From NCBI GenBank assembly GCA_001783805.1, contig MFNS01000001.1, positions 128,649-192,648 of the forward strand: a DNA stretch of 64,000 nucleotides, written 5' to 3'. The stretch is from Candidatus Levybacteria bacterium RIFCSPHIGHO2_01_FULL_40_16 (GTDB lineage Bacteria; Patescibacteriota; Microgenomatia; Levybacterales; UBA12049). A program made the position numbers and the translations under genes. This document shows, in pieces, positions 48,824 to 58,060 of the stretch (its first letter is position 1; every line of letters starts with the position of its first letter). The notes under the pieces are model-generated. The model saw nothing but the letters and a program-made list of their open reading frames with translations, searched no databases and was not told the DNA's origin.

Positions 48824-49327
48824 TTAATTAGCCTTTTTGATTTTTTTTAAGGCTTGTGAAATTACCTGTTCCTGCTCTTTGGATGAGAAAAATTGCCTCA
48901 AGGCCTTTTCTAGAAAAGCCACTGCCAATTTGCTGGTGCTTAACGCAAGTCTTTTTTCTGTTTCTATAGTCTCCTTGGCTATTTGTTCTCTGGTATCATT
49001 TAATAATTTCTCTGTTTGTTTTTTAGCTATCTCACTCATTCCCCTAGCTATTTCTAACGATTCCTGCTTTGCATCTTCGATAATTTTTTTGGATTGAAGT
49101 TGTGCTGTTCTTAAGATATTTTTTTCTTCAATAACTACTTTCTCAAGTTTGATTCTCGCATCTTCCGCCTGTTTCAAGCCTTCCCTAATCGTGATTTGTC
49201 TTTTTTTTAATACCTCAAGAATCGGTTTGTAAAGAAACTTTTTTAGTATAAACAATACAATCAAAAAATTAAATATCTGAGCGCCCAAAAGAACAGGATT
49301 TAACCCAAATTTTTCTACTATTTCCAT
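48824..49327 (-). CDS. atpF: F0F1 ATP synthase subunit b
   Basis: N-terminal TM helix (LGAQIFNFLIVLFILKKFLYKPI) followed by a long charged helix. Confidence 0.8.
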   Translation of the reverse strand: MEIVEKFGLNPVLLGAQIFNFLIVLFILKKFLYKPILEVLKKRQITIREGLKQAEDARIKLEKVVIEEKNILRTAQLQSKKIIEDAKQESLEIARGMSEIAKKQTEKLLNDTREQIAKETIETEKRLALSTSKLAVAFLEKALRQFFSSKEQEQVISQALKKIKKAN

Positions 49328-49340
49328 AAATTAATTATTA

Positions 49341-49418
49341 TCATTCTGAGCAAAACAAAGAATCCCATAAGATCCTTCTCAAACTTTGCCTGATCAGGAT
49401 GATTCCCTTAAAGCGGAA

Positions 49419-49420
<2 letters not shown>
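49341..49420. repeat. degenerate related palindromic element, copy C (atpF-atpE intergenic)
   Basis: TCATTCTGAGC...GAATCCC...GATCC...CCTGATCAGGATGATTCCC plus an extra GATTCC/GGAATC hairpin. Shares the TCATTCTGA and CAGGATGA cores with copies A and B. Confidence 0.45.
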
Positions 49421-49628
<208 letters not shown>

Positions 49629-49688
49629 TCACCTCCTTTATCGTTAATTAGTTTATTCTACACCATCAAATATACTCACGCAACCATC

Positions 49689-50414
49689 TTAATGGGCTTT
49701 ATTATGTGATGTTGTCAGAATCGCCATGAAAGCCATAGTTAACATTGAAAAAACAAGCGCTTGAACAATTCCGACAATCACTTCTAGCATTAGGAATGGT
49801 AAAGGAAATGCGAAAGCAAAGATTGAAGATACTGTTATCAGCACGACTTCTCCTGCGTAAATATTACCGAATAACCTGAAAGAAAGAGAGACAACTTTGG
49901 TTATTTCGGAGATAATTTCAAGAACTCCGATAAAAAGATTAATGGGATTGAAAGAAAAATACCGACTAAGGTAATCCTTTATTCCGATTGTTCTGATGCT
50001 TAACACGTGAGTAGCAGCTACAGAGACAAGCGCCAAACCAAGAGTGGTGTTTAGATCACTGGTTGCACCCCTAAAAAGCGGTACCAGTTCATGTCCATGA
50101 AAAAAACCGATCGTTCCGACTCCTGGGATAAGTGCGCTCCAATTAATGAATAATATGAATAGGAAGAACGTTATGAAATAGGGGAAAATTTTAGAAGCAG
50201 CATTCTGGCTGACTGATTCTGTTAGGCTGTAGAATGTTTCAACTACCCATTCGGAGATATTTTGAACGGGATTGCTGGGGATAGAAGTTATTTTTTTGCC
50301 CACATAGAGAGCTCCTCCGATCAAAATTATATCTACCAGAAGCGTGTCCAAAAGAGTATTGGAAACTGGAAACTTTCCTATTTTAAAGATTATCTCCGGC
50401 GCAAAAGACAGCAT
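49689..50414 (-). CDS. atpB: F0F1 ATP synthase subunit a
   Basis: Contains the essential Arg region LSFRLFGNIYAGEVVL. Confidence 0.9.
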   Translation of the reverse strand: MLSFAPEIIFKIGKFPVSNTLLDTLLVDIILIGGALYVGKKITSIPSNPVQNISEWVVETFYSLTESVSQNAASKIFPYFITFFLFILFINWSALIPGVGTIGFFHGHELVPLFRGATSDLNTTLGLALVSVAATHVLSIRTIGIKDYLSRYFSFNPINLFIGVLEIISEITKVVSLSFRLFGNIYAGEVVLITVSSIFAFAFPLPFLMLEVIVGIVQALVFSMLTMAFMAILTTSHNKAH

Positions 50415-50448
50415 TCAGATTAAATTTTAAAGGTAATGTTTGCGTATG

Positions 50449-53400
50449 TCAAGAATCTAAATGGTTAACCGACGAGATTTTTTCGGCAATAATCGAAGGG
50501 AGATCGTTTTTTGTGTCCAAGTGCCCCTCGACGATTATCACGGAATCTCTAACCAGCAAACTTTTATATTGTTCAAATGTCCGCGGGAAAACTACGCATT
50601 CCACTGAAATACCCTTTTCATTCGCTATTACCAAAAAAGCCATTTCACTATTATTTTTTTTCGTAAATATTCTCCTTATGGACTCAATTATTCCGCCAAT
50701 TTTTATTTTGGCACCTTCTTTCTCTTCCGGAAGGTGTTCAATTTCATGGGAGATTGCGGATTTGACGTAAATAAGATTATCCAGCTGCGGATGTGATGTC
50801 AAATAAAGACCAAGAAATTCTTTTTCAAAAGCCAATTTTTCATTTGGGGAAAAATCATCAACGGAGTTATCAAAACTTTTATCTTCCGTTTTTACGCCAT
50901 CTTTTTCATTAAAGAGGCTGGTTTGACCTTCTTTTTCTTGTTTTCTTTTCTTGTGCGCTTTATCAACAATTTCAGGGTAATACATTAATAGGCTGGCTCT
51001 GTTTCCAAAAGTGTCCATTGCACCAGCCTTGATCAAGCTTTCAATTGTTTTTTTATTTACAGGCCCAAGATCAACTCTAAAACAAAAATCACCGAACGAT
51101 TTAAATTTCTCATCCTTACGGGCATCCAAAATGCTTTTTATGGCCGCTACCCCAACATTTTTAATAGCGGTTAGTCCAAATCTGATATTTATTTTATTTT
51201 CAATGGAAAAATCACTATGCGATTTATTGATATCTGGAGGAAGTATAGTAACCTTTAAGCGCCTGCATTCGGCAACTGCCTGAGCAATTTTTTCATTTTT
51301 TACAGGTCCAGTTGTGCCGCGGGACTCCGCGGTTAAGAGCGCTGTCATAAATTCAACCGGATAGTGAGCTTTAAGATAAGCAGTTCGAAAGGCAATTGTT
51401 GCGTATCCTGCGGCATGAGCTTTATTGAAGCCGTATCCCGCAAACGGTTCAAAGAGAATCCAAAACTCTTCAGCTTTTTTTCTTACCATTCCGTTGGCAA
51501 TGCACCCTTCTACAAATTTGTCGTGTTGCTTTTTCATGTCAGCGGTAATTTTTTTGCCAATCGCTTTCCTAAGCTTATCTGCCTCAAGCCAGGAGTAACC
51601 CGCCACTTTTATAGCGGTTAAAAGTACGTCGTCCTGGAATGTAATAACCCCATAAGACTCTTTTAAGATGTCCGAAAGACGGGGATCTGGATATTTTATT
51701 AGAGAAGGATTGTGTTTTCTTCTGATAAATTCCGGAATGTTTGCCATAGGGCCCGGCCGATACAGCGCAACCATGGCTTGAAGATCAAAGATACTCGTTG
51801 GTTTTAGATCTTTAATGTATCTACGCATCCCCGAAGATTCGAGCTGAAAAATTCCGGTTGTTTCACCGGAGGAAAGCAATTCATACGTTTTTTTATCTTC
51901 GTAGGTAACCGTTGATAAGTCTATATTTTTTTGTTGGTTTTCCTTTATGAAACGAAGTGATTCCTGGATGATGGTTAAGTTTCGTAGCCCTAAAAAGTCG
52001 ATCTTCAACAGCCCAACCCCATCTTCTCCGACAGTATACATATCATACTGAGTGATGATTTTTTCCCCATTCGTTTCTTTTTGAAGAGGCGTATACTCGG
52101 TTAAGGGTTTATCCGCAATGACTACTCCTGCGGCATGCATGGAAGCATGTCTGGCGACTCCTTCCAGTCTTTTTGCCAAATCGAGAAGTTTTCTTGTTTC
52201 TGGCTCGGATTGGTAAGCTATTTTTAACTCAGGGCTTTGGTCTAAAGCTTTTTCAATAGTCATAGCGCGTCCCTGCCAACCCGGAGGAATCATTTTTGAA
52301 ATTCTGTCAGGACCCGAATAAGGCATGCCTAGCGCGCGTCCCGTGTCTCTGACTGATCCTCTGGCTTCCATAGTTCCAAAAGTAATTATTTGCGCAACTT
52401 TATCCCGGCCGTATTTTTCCGTCACGTATTCGATGACTTCATCACGTCTATTATCAGCAAAATCCAAATCTATATCTGGCGGTGATGGACGCATTGGGTT
52501 AAGGAATCTTTCAAATGGCAGCTTAAAAAATAAGGGATCAACGTCGGAAATTTCTAAAGCATATGAGACAATTGATCCTGCATTTGATCCTCTTCCTGGT
52601 CCAACCGTTATGCCGTGAGACTTAGCCCAATTAACAAAATCCGCTACAATTAAAATATATGTTTCATAGCCCTTTTTAAGGATGACCGAAAGCTCGTATT
52701 CAGTTCTCTCCTTTATTTGTTCTGTAATTTTTTTATATCTTTTCTTGAGCCCTTCTTTGACTTGCTCTTGAATGTATTCAGCGGGGGATTTGGAGTTGGG
52801 AACGTCGAAAACAGGCATGATCCATTTGCCTAGAGTTATCTCAATGTTGCACATATCGGCGATTTTTACGGTATTTTCGATTGCAGCGGGCGTTTGAATA
52901 AAAAGTCCGGTCATTTCTTCCTGAGATTTTATATAAAAATCCGGAGAAGAAATCATCGAAAGTTTTCTGTTTTTTGTGTCAATGGTCGTTTGAGTTTGTA
53001 TGCAAAGAAGAATTTCTTGAGCCTGCGCATCGGACGGGCTAACGTAGTGATTGTCATTAGTTGCAACCAGAGGTATCCCCAATTTTTGAGAAAGGTTAAT
53101 TAGCTTTTCGTTTAAGGCGTCCTGATCTTTAACGTCGATATGTTTTTGAATCTCCAAGTAAAAGTTATCCTTACCGAAAATTTCCGAAAGAGTTTGGGCT
53201 CTTTTTTTTGCAGTTTCCTCTTGATTCTGCAGTAACGGTTCTGAGACGAACCCATTCACGCAGGAGCTTAGACAAATTAATCCTTCATGGTGTGTTTTCA
53301 GAAGTTCCATGTCTGTTCTAGGTCTGTAATAATATCCCTCAAGATTGGCAATTGAGATTATTTTCATTAAATTTTTATAACCCACATTGTTTTTTGCCAG

Positions 53401-53673
53401 AAGGATTAAATGGTTGGAGTCTGTGTCCAATCCGGCTTCTTTGTCGTGGCGTGATCTCCGTGACACATAAATTTCGCAGCCAATAATCGGCTTTATGCCT
53501 TCGTCAATGCAGATTTTGTAAAACTTTATTGCCCCGTACATATTGCCATGGTCAGTTATGGCAATTGCCTTCATTCCTAGCTCTTTGGCGCGGCCTACCA
53601 TATCTTTTATTTTTGAAAGCCCGTCCAAAAGTGAAAATTCACTATGATTATGAAGATGTACGAAGTCTGCCAT
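50449..53673 (-). CDS. dnaE: DNA polymerase III subunit alpha
   Basis: PHP domain N-terminus MADFVHLHNHSEFSLLDG, polymerase core, and an OB-fold C-terminus. 1074 aa. Confidence 0.95.
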   Translation of the reverse strand: MADFVHLHNHSEFSLLDGLSKIKDMVGRAKELGMKAIAITDHGNMYGAIKFYKICIDEGIKPIIGCEIYVSRRSRHDKEAGLDTDSNHLILLAKNNVGYKNLMKIISIANLEGYYYRPRTDMELLKTHHEGLICLSSCVNGFVSEPLLQNQEETAKKRAQTLSEIFGKDNFYLEIQKHIDVKDQDALNEKLINLSQKLGIPLVATNDNHYVSPSDAQAQEILLCIQTQTTIDTKNRKLSMISSPDFYIKSQEEMTGLFIQTPAAIENTVKIADMCNIEITLGKWIMPVFDVPNSKSPAEYIQEQVKEGLKKRYKKITEQIKERTEYELSVILKKGYETYILIVADFVNWAKSHGITVGPGRGSNAGSIVSYALEISDVDPLFFKLPFERFLNPMRPSPPDIDLDFADNRRDEVIEYVTEKYGRDKVAQIITFGTMEARGSVRDTGRALGMPYSGPDRISKMIPPGWQGRAMTIEKALDQSPELKIAYQSEPETRKLLDLAKRLEGVARHASMHAAGVVIADKPLTEYTPLQKETNGEKIITQYDMYTVGEDGVGLLKIDFLGLRNLTIIQESLRFIKENQQKNIDLSTVTYEDKKTYELLSSGETTGIFQLESSGMRRYIKDLKPTSIFDLQAMVALYRPGPMANIPEFIRRKHNPSLIKYPDPRLSDILKESYGVITFQDDVLLTAIKVAGYSWLEADKLRKAIGKKITADMKKQHDKFVEGCIANGMVRKKAEEFWILFEPFAGYGFNKAHAAGYATIAFRTAYLKAHYPVEFMTALLTAESRGTTGPVKNEKIAQAVAECRRLKVTILPPDINKSHSDFSIENKINIRFGLTAIKNVGVAAIKSILDARKDEKFKSFGDFCFRVDLGPVNKKTIESLIKAGAMDTFGNRASLLMYYPEIVDKAHKKRKQEKEGQTSLFNEKDGVKTEDKSFDNSVDDFSPNEKLAFEKEFLGLYLTSHPQLDNLIYVKSAISHEIEHLPEEKEGAKIKIGGIIESIRRIFTKKNNSEMAFLVIANEKGISVECVVFPRTFEQYKSLLVRDSVIIVEGHLDTKNDLPSIIAEKISSVNHLDS

Positions 53674-53691
53674 ATCGTATTAAGTATAGAG

Positions 53692-55014
53692 TTATTTCAA
53701 TTTCATTTCCAGAGCAATTTTTATCTGATTGGCGTCTCCCTTGGGGAAATGTTGTTTTGCTTTTCCGAGTAAAAATCCAATAGCTTGAACTTTACCTGTT
53801 TTGTAGTCATTGACCGCTTTGGGGTTTTCATTGATGACTTTATTGATAATTTCACTTAGTTTCTTATTGTCAAGGATATTTATTTTTTTAGAAATTACAA
53901 TACATTTAATTAATTCTGCCGGCATTATGTTCTCAATATCGATTTTTTTGTTTATGATTACATTGGTAATTTGCTTTGCGTTTACTTCAAAAGTTTTCCC
54001 AGCTCTTACAGCTTCTTCAAAATAATTAGACAATTCCTTTTCTCGGGTCAAAATTTCCGCGTCATACCTTGGTAAACCATAATTTTTTGTAAATCTTACA
54101 AGTTTTAAGTCCGGCAATTCCGGCATTTGAGATTTGAAATTTGAGATTTGAAATTCCGATAATCGTATCGGCGGGATGTCCGGTTCCGGAAAGTAACGGT
54201 AATCATTCGCTTCTTCTTTGATTCTTTGGGAAACGGTTTTTTGTTTATCTTCATTCCATCCGCGCGTTTCCTGAACTGGCGTTTTTCCCACATTCAAAAT
54301 CTCCGTTTGTCTTTTAATTTCATATTCAATTGCCTTTTCTACAAATCGAAATGAATTAATGTTTTTAACTTCAACTTTATAATTTGGCAATTCGCTTTTG
54401 AGTTTTGAGTTTTGAGTTTTGAGTTCGCGAAGTGATATGTTGGGTTCAAGGCGCATGTTGCCTTCCTCCATGTCTGCGTTGGAAACGCCAAGATAGCGGA
54501 CGATTTGCTGAAGTTTTTTCAGGTATTCCACAACTTCTTTGGCGGTTTCAAAATCCGGTTCTGTCACAATTTCAACCAAAGGCACTCCGGAGCGATTAAA
54601 ATCTATCAATGAATCATCGCCTTGATGAGTCAATTTGGCAGTGTCTTCTTCCATGTGTACACGGGTAATGCCAATCTTTTTGCCGTTTGATAGGGCAATA
54701 ACCCCTTTTTGGCAAAAGGGCTGATCGTACTGACTTATTTGGTAGCCTTTGGGTAAATCGGGATAGAAATAGTTTTTCCGGTCAAATTTTGAAAAATTGG
54801 CAATTTTACAATTTAACGCCAGTCCAATCATGATGCACCAGTCAATAGCTGTTTTATTCGGGACAGGCAAAGCGCCGGGAAGACCTAAGCAAACGGGGCA
54901 GGTGTGAGCGTTAGGTTTCTTACCAAAATAATCCGCGGAACAACCGCAAAACATTTTAGATTTTGTTTTTAATTCAACATGAACTTCCAGTCCGATTACC
55001 GTTTTATAGATCAT
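53692..55014 (-). CDS. gatB: Asp-tRNA(Asn)/Glu-tRNA(Gln) amidotransferase subunit B
   Basis: MIYKTVIGLEVHVELKTKSKMFCGC N-terminus, NRSGVPLVEIVTEPD, and a C-terminal YqeY-like tail. Two in-frame heptamer repeats, at 54127-54154 and 54396-54423. Confidence 0.95.
   Translation of the reverse strand: MIYKTVIGLEVHVELKTKSKMFCGCSADYFGKKPNAHTCPVCLGLPGALPVPNKTAIDWCIMIGLALNCKIANFSKFDRKNYFYPDLPKGYQISQYDQPFCQKGVIALSNGKKIGITRVHMEEDTAKLTHQGDDSLIDFNRSGVPLVEIVTEPDFETAKEVVEYLKKLQQIVRYLGVSNADMEEGNMRLEPNISLRELKTQNSKLKSELPNYKVEVKNINSFRFVEKAIEYEIKRQTEILNVGKTPVQETRGWNEDKQKTVSQRIKEEANDYRYFPEPDIPPIRLSEFQISNFKSQMPELPDLKLVRFTKNYGLPRYDAEILTREKELSNYFEEAVRAGKTFEVNAKQITNVIINKKIDIENIMPAELIKCIVISKKINILDNKKLSEIINKVINENPKAVNDYKTGKVQAIGFLLGKAKQHFPKGDANQIKIALEMKLK
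54127..54154 (-). repeat. heptanucleotide tandem repeat (TTTCAAA/TCTCAAA)x4 inside gatB
   Basis: Plus strand tttgagatttgaaatttgagatttgaaa. Coding strand encodes EFQISNFKSQ. Confidence 0.8.
54396..54423 (-). repeat. heptanucleotide tandem repeat (CTCAAAA)x4 inside gatB
   Basis: Plus strand ttttgagttttgagttttgagttttgag. Coding strand ctcaaaactcaaaactcaaaactcaaaa encodes LKTQNSKLKS between conserved GatB blocks (SLREL...ELPNYKVEVKNINSFR). Confidence 0.85.
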
Positions 55015-55026
55015 AATTTTCTCCTT

Positions 55027-55092
55027 GTCATGCTGAATTTAGTTCAGCATCTCCCTTTTTGGGTAGATCCTGAAACGAGTTCAGGATGACAC
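55027..55092. repeat. double-hairpin palindromic element, copy A (gatA-gatB intergenic)
   Basis: GTCATGCTGAA-tttag-TTCAGCATC ... GATCCTGAA-acgag-TTCAGGATGACAC. About 80 percent identical to copy B. Ends at the gatA stop codon and lies just upstream of the gatB SD. Confidence 0.7.
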
Positions 55093-56507
55093 TAGAGTAT
55101 GGGTTTCATTTTGTGCCATTCCGTTGTCTGTTCGTATGCATGTCCGATTTGAAATAATTTAGCTTCTGAAAACTGCTGACCCAGAATTTGCATTCCAACG
55201 GGAAGGCCTTTTGAGAATCCAATTGGAACGGAAAGTCCCGGAATTCCTGCCAAATTAGCAGTGACAGTAAGAATATCTGATAAATACATTTTCAATGGGT
55301 CATTAATTTTTTCTCCCAATTTCCAGGGAAGGGTTGGGGAAACAGGAGAAATAATTGCATCAACTTGCTTGAAAGCATTTTCAAAATCCTGTTTTATTAA
55401 AGTCCTGACCTGCATTGCTTTTCTATAATATGCATCATAATATCCCGCAGAAAGCGTAAATGTTCCCAACATAATTCTTCTTTTAGCTTCTTCACCGAAA
55501 TTCTGCCTTACAGAACCAAAACGAACCCCATCGTATCTTGCTAAATTTGAGGATACTTCTGACGGCTGGATAATATAATAACAGGCGATCGCGTAATCGG
55601 AATATTTTAAATTAATATCTATAATCTCTGCTCCCAAATCTTTTAATTGTTTTTCAGCGAAAAGAAAAGGCTTTTTTACTTCATCATCAACATTCTCCAA
55701 ATCTTTTCTGCTTATTCCGAGTTTTAATCCTCTTATTCCCTTTTTTAAATCTTTAAGATAGTCTGGAACAGGTTTACTTGAAGTTGTTGCGTCGTTTGCG
55801 TCTTTACCTGCAGTAACATTTAAGAATAATGCGGAATCTTCAACTGTCTTTGTAATATGTCCAATAGAATCAAGGGAAGACGCCATTGAAATAATTCCGT
55901 ACCTGCTGACTCTTCCGTAAGTTGGTTTTAGTCCGACAATATTGCAAAAGCTGGCCGGTTGCCTGCTAGAACCGCCAGTGTCGGTACCTGTAGCGGCGAT
56001 ACACATGTCAGACGCTACAGATACAGCTGAACCGCTTGAAGATCCTCCAGGCACGTACTCTTTATTCCACGGATTTTTAGTCGGACCAAAATCAGAATTT
56101 TCCCCAGATGCACCGTGTCCCCATGCGTCATGGTTTAATTTTCCAAGAATTATTGCGCCCGCATCTTTTAATTTCTTAACAACAGTCGCATCATATTCGG
56201 GAACATAATCTTTTAAAACATTTGATGCTGCAGTTGTTTTCATTCCCTTGGTTGAAAATAAATCTTTCAAAGCAATGGGAATTCCGAGCAGCGGCTTAGT
56301 CTCCCAGGCCTGGCCTTGCGAAGCTAAATTGTCAGCTTTTTTCGCTTGCTCCAACGCATCTTCTTCAGTGATAGTGATAAATGCATTTAATTCTCGATTG
56401 TGCTTTTTTATTTGCTCAAGACAAGCCTTCGTCAATTCAACCGATGAAAATTTTTTTGCTTTCAATCCCCCTTTTGCATTTTTAATTGTAAGTTGGTTTA
56501 GCTCCAT
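55092..56507 (-). CDS. gatA: Asp-tRNA(Asn)/Glu-tRNA(Gln) amidotransferase subunit A
   Basis: Amidase signature GGSSSGSAVSVAS with the catalytic Ser-cisSer-Lys context. Confidence 0.95.
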   Translation of the reverse strand: MELNQLTIKNAKGGLKAKKFSSVELTKACLEQIKKHNRELNAFITITEEDALEQAKKADNLASQGQAWETKPLLGIPIALKDLFSTKGMKTTAASNVLKDYVPEYDATVVKKLKDAGAIILGKLNHDAWGHGASGENSDFGPTKNPWNKEYVPGGSSSGSAVSVASDMCIAATGTDTGGSSRQPASFCNIVGLKPTYGRVSRYGIISMASSLDSIGHITKTVEDSALFLNVTAGKDANDATTSSKPVPDYLKDLKKGIRGLKLGISRKDLENVDDEVKKPFLFAEKQLKDLGAEIIDINLKYSDYAIACYYIIQPSEVSSNLARYDGVRFGSVRQNFGEEAKRRIMLGTFTLSAGYYDAYYRKAMQVRTLIKQDFENAFKQVDAIISPVSPTLPWKLGEKINDPLKMYLSDILTVTANLAGIPGLSVPIGFSKGLPVGMQILGQQFSEAKLFQIGHAYEQTTEWHKMKPIL

Positions 56508-56539
56508 AACAATTTAACAATTTATCAATTTAACAATGA

Positions 56540-56821
56540 TTAGTCTTCGAGTATTGCTTTTACTTTAAAAAATCCATTATGTTGGGACTTTGTGTTTGAT
56601 AAAGCTTCTTCTTGGGTTAAGGAGTTGATTGCCTTATCTTCTCTTGTGACATTTTCCAGTCCAGTCACTTGGGAGGTTGTTTCGACGTTTTTTGTATCTA
56701 CTTCTTTTAATTTCTCAAAGTAGTTGAGGATTTCGGAGAGTTGTTTTTCAAACTTTCTTTCTTCTTCGGGTTTTAAAGGTAAATTTGCCAGTTTTGCAAC
56801 ATGAGGAACATTTATTTTCAT
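56540..56821 (-). CDS. gatC: Asp-tRNA(Asn)/Glu-tRNA(Gln) amidotransferase subunit C
   Basis: MKINVPHVAKLANLPLKPEEERKFEKQLSEILNYFEKL is the canonical GatC N-terminus. First gene of the gatCAB operon. Confidence 0.85.
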   Translation of the reverse strand: MKINVPHVAKLANLPLKPEEERKFEKQLSEILNYFEKLKEVDTKNVETTSQVTGLENVTREDKAINSLTQEEALSNTKSQHNGFFKVKAILED

Positions 56822-56883
56822 AGAACCATTATATTTACTTCTTTCGTAATCCGCAAGCCATATTAAGCAGAATATGGTAAAAT

Positions 56884-57627
56884 ATGAATTGCGAATTAGC
56901 CAATAAAGCTTATATGGAAGACAAAACTATTCTAAAGGAGACGACTAAGCCTGAAGTATTATCATATTATGAGGTAAAACAGGAACTTAGAAAAACGCTG
57001 CTTGTTGACTTTGATAATGCCTTAGTTGATCTTTTTGGTCTGCAAAATCGTTTTTTTCATAAAACCGTCGATCAAGAAAATCAAAAAACTGTCTTTGTAA
57101 CCGAATCTGAAGTTGAAGAAGAAAAAACGTTAATTGAACTTTATAAATATAAGCACGAAGGTCATTGGAACTATTCCTTAATGGTCAAGGGCGTTGAAGA
57201 GAGCACCCGTAGGCGGTTGGAGTTAAAATTTGAACGTTCTGTCATGCGTTTACGTTCTTCTGGACAAGAAAAAGACGAGATTTTCGATTCATTATGGTTC
57301 CTCAATGAAGGAAGTATCGCCATGGATAATGAGGACATAAAAGCAATACCGGAGAAATTCCTAAATAGCACGAAAAACTCTCCCAAAATTTATTTCTCAA
57401 GTACGCTGGGCCCTGACGGCAATAGATTCGGATCATTACAATTATCTATAGCTGGGACTTTAGGAAGCAGCTGGGGATTTGATATACACAGGGGAAGCAA
57501 TAATATTTTATCTAAAATAGGCCGTGAGAGGGCTTGGGAAATTAAATTACCTAACTATTTACGGACGTTTGGGGCCAAGGGGGAAGAGACTAATTTATCT
57601 AGATCCGTTTTTAGACCAGTCTCCTAA
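56884..57627 (+). CDS. hypothetical soluble protein
   Basis: 247-aa ORF with no TM helix and no recognisable motif. The ATG follows immediately after a TGGTAAAAT extended -10-like element, so it may be leaderless. An alternative ATG lies at 56914. Confidence 0.45.
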   Translation: MNCELANKAYMEDKTILKETTKPEVLSYYEVKQELRKTLLVDFDNALVDLFGLQNRFFHKTVDQENQKTVFVTESEVEEEKTLIELYKYKHEGHWNYSLMVKGVEESTRRRLELKFERSVMRLRSSGQEKDEIFDSLWFLNEGSIAMDNEDIKAIPEKFLNSTKNSPKIYFSSTLGPDGNRFGSLQLSIAGTLGSSWGFDIHRGSNNILSKIGRERAWEIKLPNYLRTFGAKGEETNLSRSVFRPVS

Positions 57628-57648
57628 TTATCTCATCGCGAGCTTTTG

Positions 57649-57663
57649 TTTCTAGAGAATCGT
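57649..57663 (+). repeat. 15-bp direct repeat TTTCTAGAGAATCGT (left copy) flanking ORF 57728..58060
   Basis: Matches 58097-58111 (TTTCTAGAGAATCAT) at 14 of 15 positions. Contains the TCTAGA palindromic core. Confidence 0.6.
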
Positions 57664-57727
57664 TAAGATAGGTGCATAATGGTGATTAGGAAAGTTATAG
57701 TTGACGGGAGAATTTTAAAGTGGCAGA

Positions 57728-58060
57728 ATGGAACTTATGTTAACAAAAAAAGATATTAAGCAAATAATGCAGGGAGCTTTGAGAGAGTTCTTTGAGACCT
57801 TAGTCTTACAATATTTCGAGCATAACGAAAAGGAACATGGGGAAATGAAGACAATTCTTAAGTCGCACGATAAACGCTTTGATGATCTCGATAGTCGTTT
57901 TGACAGTCACGACAGGGACATTGATCTGATTCAGAGGAAATTGGAAAAGAGTGAGGATGATCATGAAGAAATTTTCAATAAACTTGAAAAAATTGACGGA
58001 CACGTCCAGGGTCAAGAAATAAGAATTTCAAAATTGGAAGACGTAGCCAGCATTATTTGA
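57728..58060 (+). CDS. hypothetical acidic coiled-coil protein
   Basis: 110 aa, highly charged, with a heptad-like pattern (KLEKSEDDHEEIFNKLEKIDGH). Flanked by 15-bp direct repeats TTTCTAGAGAATC(G/A)T at 57649-57663 and 58097-58111. Confidence 0.45.
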   Translation: MELMLTKKDIKQIMQGALREFFETLVLQYFEHNEKEHGEMKTILKSHDKRFDDLDSRFDSHDRDIDLIQRKLEKSEDDHEEIFNKLEKIDGHVQGQEIRISKLEDVASII